This document shows positions 9,635-17,953 of a stretch of 64,000 nucleotides of DNA, piece by piece (within the stretch, counting starts at the first letter, position 1; the number at the start of each line of letters is the position of its first letter). Source of the DNA: a virus; IMG/VR virus record IMGVR_UViG_3300006048_000003; one strand, given 5' to 3'. Under the pieces are notes generated by a model. The model made no database searches. It saw nothing but the letters and a program-made list of their open reading frames with translations, and was not told where the DNA came from. Both the position numbers and the translations under genes were made by a program.

Positions 9635-9908
9635 TCAGCTTCGGATCGACCTTCGTGGGTGTCGGTACGGGTTCCACCGTCGTCTTCGACTTGATGTAGT
9701 CCGCACACGCCTTCAATAACTGCGACGTCTGGCCGTAGAAGAACGCGGGGGAAGGATGTCCTGCCATCAGAGAACCACCCAGAGAGGCTTCTGCTTGCCG
9801 GTCGATGCCGGATGCCGTCTCGTCACACATTTTGATGAGCACAGCCGGATCAGTCAGATCCGGTGCTCCGGGGAAATCCAATCGAGGAAGCGGGGATGTC
9901 TCAGTCAC
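9609..9908 (-). CDS. Hypothetical protein (99 aa) lying between repeat units
   Basis: SD CAGGAG before GTG 9908; ORF track gives 9609..9983. Confidence 0.6.
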   Translation of the reverse strand: MTETSPLPRLDFPGAPDLTDPAVLIKMCDETASGIDRQAEASLGGSLMAGHPSPAFFYGQTSQLLKACADYIKSKTTVEPVPTPTKVDPKLNKQSTVAG

Positions 9909-9939
9909 GAAAATGGTCTCCTGTTGTTGAAATTTACTG

Positions 9940-9975
9940 TCTGCTTCAATTGACCCGAAGCAGTGGGATTGTCCG
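9940..9975 (-). repeat. Dispersed repeat-like unit (covariant stem)
   Basis: Sense CGGACAATCCCAC-TGCTTC-GGGTCAATT-GAAGCA-GA. Confidence 0.8.
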
Positions 9976-9997
9976 CCAGACACGATCCTTCATCGCC

Positions 9998-10033
9998 TTC
10001 ACCCCTACAAACCGGGAGCAATCGGTTGTTCTT
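9998..10033 (-). repeat. Dispersed repeat-like unit, tandem with 9940-9975
   Basis: Sense AAGAACAACCGAT-TGCTCC-CGGTTTGTA-GGGGTG-AA; the TAG stop of ORF 10005 lies in the loop. Confidence 0.75.
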
Positions 10034-10286
10034 GACTCTTCGCCAACGTCTCCAGTGTATTCCCACCCGACAGCAAAGCACAGACGATCTTTTCCACGAA
10101 GAGTGGGGAAAGTTCATACTGGCCATGCTGATTCAGGGCGTAATACACATTCTTCCCTGACGGTTGGAGAGGCTGTTCCCCTTCCACCTTCGGAAGGGTG
10201 ACGCCCTTGAAGTTCTGGAGTTGGGCAAGAATCTTGGCGAGTCGTTGGGACTCTTGCCCCACAGCTAACATATCAATCGGATTCAT
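10005..10286 (-). CDS. Hypothetical protein (93 aa) directly after the last array repeat
   Basis: SD AAAGGAG before ATG 10286. Confidence 0.65.
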   Translation of the reverse strand: MNPIDMLAVGQESQRLAKILAQLQNFKGVTLPKVEGEQPLQPSGKNVYYALNQHGQYELSPLFVEKIVCALLSGGNTLETLAKSQEQPIAPGL

Positions 10287-10314
10287 TCATTCTCCTTTGG
10301 TGGATCGACTGCCG

Positions 10315-10789
10315 GTTGCAACTACTAACCCGTTGCACTGGGATTGTTACGTCTCTTCTGTGTGAGGCACCAACCCAGCGGCTTGTGGTTGCAACTACAA
10401 ACCGGTTGCACTCGGTATGTCACGCCGACGCCGAGCAGTTGGCGGCACTCGAACGCAAGTTGCAACTACAAACCGGTTGCACTGGGATTGTTACCTAGCT
10501 TCGACTTCCGTGCCGCATTCATTGCTTCGCCCCTCGATTGCAACTACTAACCCGTTGCACTGGGATTGTTACGATGCTTGTGCTGCTTGTGGTTGTCCAC
10601 TCGAAGATGTTGCAACTACTAACCCGTTGCACTGGGATTGTTACCGAAATAAAGGTTCGGGAACTCTGCCATAGGCGCCGTTGCAACTACTAACCCGTTG
10701 CACTGGGATTGTTACAGCCGTCGCCAGGTCCGGCGGCACGAGGAGGCCGGTGTGTTGCAACTACTAACCCGTTGCACTGGGATTGTTAC
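10315..10789 (-). CRISPR. CRISPR array: 7 repeats (36 nt), 6 spacers (35-42 nt)
   Basis: Sense consensus GTAACAATCCCAGTGCAACGGGTTAGTAGTTGCAAC. Repeats start (+ coordinates) at 10315, 10388, 10459, 10537, 10609, 10680 and 10754. The most variant copies are leader-distal; the leader/promoter lies between the array and the cas gene. Confidence 0.97.
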
Positions 10790-10793
10790 TGCC

Positions 10794-10822
10794 ACTCTAC
10801 AACACGCCCGCTTCCCAAGCAA
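10794..10822 (-). promoter_or_regulatory. Sigma70-like promoter of the array
   Basis: TTGCTT-17-TAGAGT; the -10 element ends 4 nt before the first repeat. Confidence 0.65.
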
Positions 10823-10911
10823 ATTATTCCTGTTCCGCGAGCGGTTCCCAATTTGACCCATGATCCTTCACATTGAACCCCTATCAAGCGGGGGGTCATC
10901 GCCTGGAAATC

Positions 10912-12816
10912 CTAGACGCGAGCGGGTACTTTCGCCCCAGAAGCCCCCAAAGCCCTGTTTAACAAGTTCGTGGCGGCATTCACTGCCCGATCCCTCTTTT
11001 CACCACCACAGGACTCGCAGCGAATCCAGCGGCCCGACTTCGGGTGGTCACACGATTCCCCACACTGACAACACGTCGTCACGATGTTCCTGGCGGACTC
11101 AGTAACTTCGTTCATGTATCTTGTTATCTCGTCCCGGAGTTGGGCACAGGAAGACAGTGCCCGATATCGCTTGTTGACGATATCGTTCCCGTTCTCGACT
11201 TCAGGATTCTCAGCCAACTTGTTCCAGTCAATTTCCGCGATCACCACGTCCTTGTACTGATAGCTCAGGTCAATCGCCACTTTTCGGAAGAAATCCTTCC
11301 GCCAGTTCTTGATCTTGTCCCGCTTGTGTGCCCTCCAGTCGCACAGGTGTTTGCTCTGCAAACGCCCCCCGGTGTACTGATTCCTTCCCGTGGTTGGGTT
11401 GAGTTGGATTCTCCCCCACATTCTTTGGAAGATCTCTTCGTCTCCGGGAATCCGATGATCCTTCCACCACCAAATGAGCCACATGAACCTGTCGGCACTT
11501 CGCCACTGAATCAGAGTCTGGGCACGCTCGGTCCACTCTTCGGGAAGGGGATTCGGGTAGTTCACGAACCAGTCGACCAGTTCAGCCCTTTCAGCTTCAA
11601 ACAAGGTATCCCGAATGGACTGGAGGGTGTCAAGATAGGACCACCCCTCCACCAATTCTTTGGGAATACGGACGGTTCCGGTCACACCATCATCACCAAC
11701 CCACTCGGTAACGCGGATTTCCCCATCAATCAGACGCCAACCCAACGCCACCGCGACAGTCCCTTCCTGTGCCCGATCCTGTCCGGCCGGGTGATACGTC
11801 CACGCATCCCGTGCGATGTCGAACTGAACATCCCACCGGTAATGAGTTCCAATCTTCCTGCGGGACAGGTGAACCCACTTCACTTCACCGTCTTCGGGGA
11901 GAGGACGCGACATGACAGCCGGAATCGACGCCATCACCGGCTTTCCCTTTTCGTCCGACGATACACGAAAGTGGATGACGACGTACTTCGGATGGGGAGC
12001 CGTCAGCGGTGGTTGATACGTCCTTTCGATCCAGCAATTCGTGTTGGGGGTGAAGACATCACAGGTCCGAAGAGATGACCCCCCCACGTGAGCGAACGTT
12101 GGCTTCTTGCTGCGTGGATGGATCTTGGGATTGCCTTTGGAGTCCAAAACTGGCTCCTTCGGGGATGTCTTGTCGGGCTTCCGTTGGAACTGAACCGAGA
12201 TAACTTCCTCCCCCCGCCACGACTTGAACTTCGGGGGTGGGCCGGTTCTCTTTACACGTCCCACCACTTGCAGGGAAGTAGCCCAGTACAACCCACCTTC
12301 CACCGCCGCGTTGCGGGCATCTGCCTTTCGTTGTTCAAACGACTTATCGTTGTCCTTCAGGTCGGCTTTCACCTTCGGGTCGGCAAACGCGGCGTCCCGC
12401 TGATCAGAATAGAACTCCCATGCCTGGGACACCACACGCTTCTGAGCGTTGATTTGCTCCACTAGTTCGGGGTCTGACATCAACTGCCGGTTCTGACTGT
12501 TCGACTGGCTGAGTTCATCCCGAAGCTCCTGGAGGCGTTCCTGCTGCTCCTGGGCTGCGTTGTGGAGGGTCGTCAGAGCCGGAAAGTGTCTGACCAGGAT
12601 TGGGTCGATGGCTTCCCTGCGGGCACGCTCGATTTCTACCAACTTGTTCTGGAACTGGTGAGCGAGCTTCATCTGGGTAACTGCCAGGTCGTGTCCATCG
12701 AACCTCTGACGGAGGGCTTTCGTGCCGTCAGGATTGATTTCACGCGGACCGGAAAGGAACCCCCGGCAACCGTAGTTGTACTTGCGAGTCGGTTTGCTCT
12801 TGTTACCGAATGCCAT
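10912..12816 (-). CDS. cas12m: Cas12m-like (type V-M/V-U1) effector, 634 aa, predicted nuclease-dead
   Basis: N-terminal YNYG...QMKLAHQFQNKLVEIERARR, GLYWAT and PKFKSWRGE...SVQFQ resemble Cas12m. RuvC-I VAVALGWR, RuvC-II VVIAEIDW, RuvC-III DRAVNAATNL, CxxC/CxxC zinc ribbon. Adjacent to the array; SD GGAG before ATG 12816. Confidence 0.85.
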   Translation of the reverse strand: MAFGNKSKPTRKYNYGCRGFLSGPREINPDGTKALRQRFDGHDLAVTQMKLAHQFQNKLVEIERARREAIDPILVRHFPALTTLHNAAQEQQERLQELRDELSQSNSQNRQLMSDPELVEQINAQKRVVSQAWEFYSDQRDAAFADPKVKADLKDNDKSFEQRKADARNAAVEGGLYWATSLQVVGRVKRTGPPPKFKSWRGEEVISVQFQRKPDKTSPKEPVLDSKGNPKIHPRSKKPTFAHVGGSSLRTCDVFTPNTNCWIERTYQPPLTAPHPKYVVIHFRVSSDEKGKPVMASIPAVMSRPLPEDGEVKWVHLSRRKIGTHYRWDVQFDIARDAWTYHPAGQDRAQEGTVAVALGWRLIDGEIRVTEWVGDDGVTGTVRIPKELVEGWSYLDTLQSIRDTLFEAERAELVDWFVNYPNPLPEEWTERAQTLIQWRSADRFMWLIWWWKDHRIPGDEEIFQRMWGRIQLNPTTGRNQYTGGRLQSKHLCDWRAHKRDKIKNWRKDFFRKVAIDLSYQYKDVVIAEIDWNKLAENPEVENGNDIVNKRYRALSSCAQLRDEITRYMNEVTESARNIVTTCCQCGESCDHPKSGRWIRCESCGGEKRDRAVNAATNLLNRALGASGAKVPARV

Positions 12817-12844
12817 GCTTGGGAACTCCAGAAGGTGGGAAATC

Positions 12845-12880
12845 TTCGCAGCTACCAACCCGCTGCGATGGGAACAGGCA
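12845..12880 (-). repeat. Repeat-like unit in the cas12m 5' UTR
   Basis: Sense TGCCTGTTCCCAT-CGCAGC-GGGTTGGTA-GCTGCG-AA; a perfect alternative 6-bp stem between the -10 element and the SD. Confidence 0.8.
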
Positions 12881-12909
12881 ACCCTAGCATGAGATTCGTT
12901 AAAAGGCAA
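12881..12909 (-). promoter_or_regulatory. Sigma70-like promoter of cas12m
   Basis: TTGCCT-17-TAGGGT with extended TG. Confidence 0.65.
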
Positions 12910-12910
12910 A

Positions 12911-13519
12911 TTATCGTCCCGGTGGTCTGATTCTCCTGTTCGTGAATGTCCTCCTGCCGTCCATTCCCCCTTCGTTCTGATATCCCATCGAATCACCGTC
13001 TTCCTCGAACGGAACTCCGGTAATACTCCCGTCGTCGTGGACAGTGATTACCATCACTCTGCCACCCTGGGGGCTTTGTAGAGTCATTCCCACGCGAACC
13101 GGGAAACCGACATGGAACCGGACGGTGGTGATCTCTGTCTGTCCTTGCTGGACTTCAGGAACGACCGGATTGAACATCCGGACCACTTCCATGCACGCCC
13201 AGTTCATGTCGAACAGAATTGGTTGGAGAAGATTCCCCAACTGGAACCGGAAGTCATTCTCAGGGTCATTACTCCGAGGACCAGCAAACATATCTCTCGT
13301 GGCGAATCCCACAACAAACGCTTGCAAGTTATGAGCAGTCTGTACCATTCCCGCTTCGAGGAGGGCATCATAGAGAGGAATGGCCGCTGTGGGGTCAGGA
13401 GGTGTTAATTCCTCTCCGGACTCTGGCAGATAGCCAACGGACCCCACCAGACGCCACGCCAGATTACCGATGTTGTCGGACCTGCGGACGGGTCCAACTT
13501 GTTGTTCTTGTTCTGCCAT
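12911..13519 (-). CDS. Hypothetical protein
   Basis: 202-aa ORF in the minus-strand run. Confidence 0.6.
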   Translation of the reverse strand: MAEQEQQVGPVRRSDNIGNLAWRLVGSVGYLPESGEELTPPDPTAAIPLYDALLEAGMVQTAHNLQAFVVGFATRDMFAGPRSNDPENDFRFQLGNLLQPILFDMNWACMEVVRMFNPVVPEVQQGQTEITTVRFHVGFPVRVGMTLQSPQGGRVMVITVHDDGSITGVPFEEDGDSMGYQNEGGMDGRRTFTNRRIRPPGR

Positions 13520-13555
13520 GTGAAATCACTTGTCCTTCGTTCGATTTAATGGAAA

Positions 13556-13882
13556 CTACTGTCCTCGCCGGGCACTCAGTTTCCCACCCATCGTTAGTGG
13601 GGAAGTTGGTCCTGTTGTCTTTGCTGGTGCTGTAGGGTCTTTATCTTCTTTCGTTTGGATGACGACTGCGAGTATCTGACTCTCGACTAGAATAATGCAC
13701 CTTTCCCCGTTAATGAAGATTGAGGTGTTCTCAACGTAGAGGACAACATCTCCAACTTTGACATTACGTCCAGTACCCACCTGCACAACAGTGCCACGCA
13801 ACGGCTTTCCATCGGAATCGTCGGATGGGAACTCAACACGCACCAACACCCGATCACCGAGAAGACGAATGGATTCTTTCAT
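13556..13882 (-). CDS. groES: GroES-like co-chaperonin
   Basis: IRLLGDRVLVR...GTVVQVGTG...VKVGDVVLY...ILVESQILAVV. Confidence 0.8.
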   Translation of the reverse strand: MKESIRLLGDRVLVRVEFPSDDSDGKPLRGTVVQVGTGRNVKVGDVVLYVENTSIFINGERCIILVESQILAVVIQTKEDKDPTAPAKTTGPTSPLTMGGKLSARRGQ

Positions 13883-14094
13883 TTCTGTTTCTTTTTGGGT
13901 TCGCAGGGAACGACACTAACGTATTTGTTGATTCGGGCAACACCACGGTCATGAACACTCGTAGCATGTCCCGCACTGATAAGCAAAAAGACTTCTCGGA
14001 ATTCGTCGGTATCGAGAAGGGGCCAGTCCTGAATGAAGACGGCGTATCGCTTGTCGGATGGTGGTGGAGGCTCTCTGGGCGTGGGAGTGTTCAT
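13879..14094 (-). CDS. Hypothetical protein
   Basis: 71-aa ORF with overlapping start/stop. Confidence 0.5.
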   Translation of the reverse strand: MNTPTPREPPPPSDKRYAVFIQDWPLLDTDEFREVFLLISAGHATSVHDRGVARINKYVSVVPCEPKKKQK

Positions 14095-14354
14095 TTGTTT
14101 TGCCCAGGAAGAACGGAAAATCCGCTGCTTTCAAAATGAGTGATGGGTTTTCCGTTTGCATCGGTGAACATATCACTACACAAACGACCCGAATACACCG
14201 TCCAGAGATTACCCCATATCTCCACAAGCAGTCGATCTACTCCGTTAGTGTACCCCCGAACCCGACGTTCCCCGTCTCCGTACTCAATATCAAATTCCAT
14301 TTGATGGCGGGACTTCATGTGGGCATCAACACGGGTGTTTACTTCAATGTTCAT
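14091..14354 (-). CDS. Hypothetical protein
   Basis: 87-aa ORF with overlapping start/stop. Confidence 0.5.
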   Translation of the reverse strand: MNIEVNTRVDAHMKSRHQMEFDIEYGDGERRVRGYTNGVDRLLVEIWGNLWTVYSGRLCSDMFTDANGKPITHFESSGFSVLPGQNK

Positions 14355-14542
14355 TTCGTCTCCGGTTTGGGCTTCTCACGGATCACACGCCAGAATTCCT
14401 TCGCGTTATCCAGTGACATCTTGACGCAATCACAACACATCGGGACGTCGGTGAATGTGCCGTGGATGTAGATATGACTGTCCACAGCATTTTCAGCCAG
14501 TCCCCCACAGCGGTAGCAGTTCTGGATCGGATTAACTTTCAT
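14351..14542 (-). CDS. Small Zn-finger-like protein
   Basis: CYRCG...CCDC; ATGA overlap at 14542. Confidence 0.5.
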   Translation of the reverse strand: MKVNPIQNCYRCGGLAENAVDSHIYIHGTFTDVPMCCDCVKMSLDNAKEFWRVIREKPKPETK

Positions 14543-16551
14543 TTTCGTGCTCCTGTCGCAAGAACGGTGTCTATCAACGAAGGTGCCCGATTGAGTTCCT
14601 GCTCCGACGCTAACTTCTCGTCTATTTCCTTGAGTGGAATCACGGACATTCGGCAGTAGGTATCGTCCACTCCAAGAGAAATGAACAGATTGCTTCCGTG
14701 AACCACAGCCCCACCAGGCCAGCAAACGAACCGCTTCACCACGTTGTCATTGTCTTTGCTGTCTGGCCAAAGCAAAGGAGTTGGTGTCTGTCTCCAGACA
14801 TTGAACGGTGGTTCGGGATTGAATGCCACACAGCCAGCGGAATACACACTGCCTTGCAGACGCTTCCGGCACCCGTGTACAATTGACCACATCTCGTAAC
14901 GCTGTTCCTTCTCACTCCACACTTTGATCGGGGACGCTCCACCTCGAATGACCCCACCTGCCCAGGGCAACTTGTTCGGAGTACGCCACGTCTGGCGGTC
15001 GGACATCACGATCATTTCCGGCTTGTGTGCGTAAACCCAGTGAATTTTCCCGTTGTGCTCCCACGCGACCCAGTTCTTCTCATACTTGTTAGAATTTGGT
15101 GACTCGAATACGAAGGTGTCCTCGATGCTTTTAAGGTCATCTGCGAACCGGACGTATCCGACCTGCACCAGCTTCGGGGGATACCCGTCCGGCAAACTGA
15201 ATGAAGCGTGGAGTCTGCCTTCGTACAGAAACAGTCGGGGGTCTTCGAGTCGGGTGGCCTGAGCGTGTTTCGATGCCAGCGAGGATACAGCCGTCACAGA
15301 CCATTCCCCAAGCCAGTCTTCCTGGGTGTTCTGCAACACCCAAATTCCAGTACGGCTATGACCCCAACTGTCCCGCGTGGCGAGGATCAATTGCCCCCGA
15401 TACTCTGCCACCGAACAATTAAAGTGTCCGTCCGGAACGGGAAGTCGAGTTCTTTCTACGTCAGGTGTCACGAACTGTCGGTATTCACACGTCTCGCAGG
15501 ATCGCACAGGAACGTCGGCTTCCTTGATTTTGGCCCCCACCTTCGTGAAGCAGTGATCTCCGTAACGACCACACTTCGCCAGAGGTATCGTCCTTCCCCC
15601 TTCCAGGACACCGATTTCGTTGCTCCACTCCGACCGGTACATACAGGGAAGTGGGTCCGAATATTGGAGTATCACCTGATCCATCTCCGGGGTGATGTGA
15701 AGAGGATCTTGAATCTCCCGTCCCGTCAGGAGTGCCTGGACGTCCCCGTGGTGCCTGCTCTCCGTGACACCGAGGGGTAACGATGGTTCGCTGCTACTAA
15801 CCCGCTGCGATGGGTCTGGGGCAGTTCGTGTGACATTTCCATCGGAATTAACCCCCGATAGTGGGTTGTCGCTAACGTCGATACAGGATGGTGCCCATTC
15901 CGGTTTCCCGGTGCCTGCGTAGTCGAATGTTCGCTGCGTTACAATGGACGGGAGGACCGCACACCAGTTCAAAAGTCCCTTCTTCAGGACACGTTCCCAG
16001 AGTTGCTGATCCAGGTTCCGGTGTGCCGCCCGCATGTGCTCCAGAAGAACCGGGAGAGCACGTCTGCGGAGCATAATGGCGTGTGTGCCGAAAGGTTCGT
16101 TTAGTCTGCACAGACGCGAATCAGGCAATCCAATGCGTTCCGTCACCTTGTTCCAGCAATTAGGCTGCACTTCTGCGGAGCCGAGAAACACCAGATCCCA
16201 CTCCGGGAAGTCGGAATAGAGTTGGCGTTGGAGCAGTTCCAGTTCAGTGTGGTAGTTCTCAGGGAGGGAGACGTCGTCCTCGAAGATGATGTATTCGTGA
16301 TTGTCGCGATGAACCCACTCCTGACCCGACAACCAGATGTGCTGCCAGAGATTCCACGTCGAAAGGTTGAGAGAGACGTGACCAGACGGCAGGTGCTTTC
16401 CCGGCTCGTATTCGAGTGTGGTGGAAAGTCCCCAAGTACGTCCGTGGCTGGCCTTCCAGTACGTCGCGTCAATCCCCCGCTCTGCAAGGTGTTCCTTGCA
16501 GGCTTGGGTTCGTTCGGGAAGCTCTTCGCAGTGAATCACATAATACTTCAC
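14539..16551 (-). CDS. GT25-like glycosyltransferase fused to a GH130/GH43-like beta-propeller
   Basis: N-terminal YYVIHCEELPER...IIFEDDV; C-terminal FNCSV...LEDPRLF...EKNWV...IRGGASP...CWPGG; GTG start 1 nt after the previous stop. Confidence 0.7.
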   Translation of the reverse strand: MKYYVIHCEELPERTQACKEHLAERGIDATYWKASHGRTWGLSTTLEYEPGKHLPSGHVSLNLSTWNLWQHIWLSGQEWVHRDNHEYIIFEDDVSLPENYHTELELLQRQLYSDFPEWDLVFLGSAEVQPNCWNKVTERIGLPDSRLCRLNEPFGTHAIMLRRRALPVLLEHMRAAHRNLDQQLWERVLKKGLLNWCAVLPSIVTQRTFDYAGTGKPEWAPSCIDVSDNPLSGVNSDGNVTRTAPDPSQRVSSSEPSLPLGVTESRHHGDVQALLTGREIQDPLHITPEMDQVILQYSDPLPCMYRSEWSNEIGVLEGGRTIPLAKCGRYGDHCFTKVGAKIKEADVPVRSCETCEYRQFVTPDVERTRLPVPDGHFNCSVAEYRGQLILATRDSWGHSRTGIWVLQNTQEDWLGEWSVTAVSSLASKHAQATRLEDPRLFLYEGRLHASFSLPDGYPPKLVQVGYVRFADDLKSIEDTFVFESPNSNKYEKNWVAWEHNGKIHWVYAHKPEMIVMSDRQTWRTPNKLPWAGGVIRGGASPIKVWSEKEQRYEMWSIVHGCRKRLQGSVYSAGCVAFNPEPPFNVWRQTPTPLLWPDSKDNDNVVKRFVCWPGGAVVHGSNLFISLGVDDTYCRMSVIPLKEIDEKLASEQELNRAPSLIDTVLATGARK
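15787..15822 (-). repeat. Repeat-like unit embedded in frame in an inter-domain linker
   Basis: Sense GCCCCAGACCCAT-CGCAGC-GGGTTAGTA-GCAGCG-AA; canonical loop; closely resembles 12845-12880. Confidence 0.65.
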
Positions 16552-16552
16552 T

Positions 16553-17419
16553 TCACACCCTCGATGGTCCTGTTGCCGTTCCAATGACCCAATCAAGTGA
16601 ACTCGAATGTCCCGCAGGAACTGCCCGCCCCTCAATGTCTGAAGTGATTGGATCATTGTGTCGAATCGGAGCCGGTCCCGCATCCAGTGTGTCCACACCC
16701 TGACCGCCTGAATTCAATCGCACGTCAACCATCGGCGGCAGGCACTCAAATTCAATCCCTGGCCACACGTCGCAAGTATAGTGATCGAGTTTGCCCTGTA
16801 CGGGAACCATCGGGCGGAAACTATCCCAACCACGCACACGGAAGTACTCAGAATAGGGAAACGGACGAGACTCGAAGAACTCTCGCACGTTCGTGTGCTG
16901 AAGTGCATTCTCCCCAATCGGGAAACCGGAGTGCGTAGTCAGCTTCACCTTCTGAATTGGCTGTGCGGTATCCGGACAGGGGGAAAACAGCCCCTCATGA
17001 CCACAGTCCCGCTTATTTGGATGCCACACCAACTGATCCGCGTGCTTGAGGAAGTCTTCGGCTGAGCAGGTTACGTGCGATATGAAACCACGAGTGAATT
17101 CCCACTTGTTTGGCACCAATAAAACAAATGGACGCATACTCTCCCACAGCTTATCAGTCAACTCCCGCTCGCGGTCACGAAGACCAGGCAATCTCGCCTT
17201 CTCGTCACACACAGAACAGTGAATTACACAGCAACTCGCGTCATCGTGCGATGCTGCGTATTCAATCTTCGCCAACTCTACCTGCACACGAATAAACTCT
17301 GCTCGCTCCGACTGACCATGCTCCTCGTACCAGTCCGCCATCGCCAGACGCACCGAATCCTCATCCGGATTGGTGATGATGGATCGCAGGAGTAGATTAA
17401 AGTCGTTCATATTATTCAA
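16553..17419 (-). CDS. TIGR02996-like domain protein
   Basis: LLRSIITNPDEDSVRLAMADWYEEHGQSERAEFIRVQVELA. Confidence 0.8.
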   Translation of the reverse strand: MNNMNDFNLLLRSIITNPDEDSVRLAMADWYEEHGQSERAEFIRVQVELAKIEYAASHDDASCCVIHCSVCDEKARLPGLRDRERELTDKLWESMRPFVLLVPNKWEFTRGFISHVTCSAEDFLKHADQLVWHPNKRDCGHEGLFSPCPDTAQPIQKVKLTTHSGFPIGENALQHTNVREFFESRPFPYSEYFRVRGWDSFRPMVPVQGKLDHYTCDVWPGIEFECLPPMVDVRLNSGGQGVDTLDAGPAPIRHNDPITSDIEGRAVPAGHSSSLDWVIGTATGPSRV

Positions 17420-17433
17420 CGGCAGTTCGACGG

Positions 17434-17469
17434 ATTACAACTACGAACCCGTTGCACTGGGATGCCGAC
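17434..17469 (-). repeat. Dispersed repeat-like unit
   Basis: Sense GTCGGCATCCCAG-TGCAAC-GGGTTCGTA-GTTGTA-AT; 14 nt before ATG 17419. Confidence 0.85.
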
Positions 17470-17479
17470 TCCATTTCGC

Positions 17480-17515
17480 TTCCCACCTACGAACCCGATG
17501 AGTTGGGTTGACTCT
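17480..17515 (-). repeat. Dispersed repeat-like unit, tandem with 17434-17469
   Basis: Sense AGAGTCAACCCAA-CTCATC-GGGTTCGTA-GGTGGG-AA; all 6 pairs valid with G-U; the TAG stop (17487) lies in the loop. Confidence 0.65.
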
Positions 17516-17738
17516 CCAGAAAATCAATTTCACTGTCGATCCACTTCTGCCCCTCTCCCCGAATCTCGTCAATGTCAAATATGGTAGACCCAATATCCGA
17601 AATGTTAACTTGGAAGTATGTCCTTTCCGGACCACACCAAGAAAACCGGATGTGATGTCCACGATAAGCCATCACCACTTCCGGGGAATGTGGTGCGTTG
17701 GGCATCATCAGTAGCCAATCGTAGAATTCCGACGTCAT
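17487..17738 (-). CDS. Hypothetical protein
   Basis: 83-aa ORF. Confidence 0.55.
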   Translation of the reverse strand: MTSEFYDWLLMMPNAPHSPEVVMAYRGHHIRFSWCGPERTYFQVNISDIGSTIFDIDEIRGEGQKWIDSEIDFLESQPNSSGS

Positions 17739-17953
17739 TTCTGCCCCTCAATGGCGTCTCCGATAGCCCGGCAGATTCCCTTCTTGTGGTTGCATGTGTA
17801 ACGCTTAGCTGAGTCACGAGCGACCTGGGCCGAATTCCTCTGGACCTGCTTCAACGCAGCCAGAATGATTTCCTTCGACATGATGTTTGGGTAGATGTCA
17901 AGAGAAGCCGCTACGTCATTTGCAGCTTTCTGGGCTTGTTCTTCCAGCGTCAC
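17735..17953 (-). CDS. Hypothetical protein
   Basis: GTGA overlap with the upstream stop. Confidence 0.5.
   Translation of the reverse strand: MTLEEQAQKAANDVAASLDIYPNIMSKEIILAALKQVQRNSAQVARDSAKRYTCNHKKGICRAIGDAIEGQK

Noticed and set aside
10790-10911. Possible tracrRNA/anti-repeat between cas12m and the array
   Set aside because: No extended complementarity to the repeat seen; the region is explained as leader plus promoter.
11044-12078. Long + strand ORFs here and at 265..990, 24294..25526, 32334..33317, 38940..39899 and 42874..43956
   Set aside because: Antisense shadows of recognisable minus-strand genes, with no motifs of their own.
10912-12996. IS200/IS605 TnpB transposon interpretation, and the 694-aa length
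   Set aside because: No TnpA or IS ends; there is a linked array and Cas12m-type N-terminal motifs. The upstream 60 codons overlap the promoter and repeat leader, so the start is better placed at 12816.
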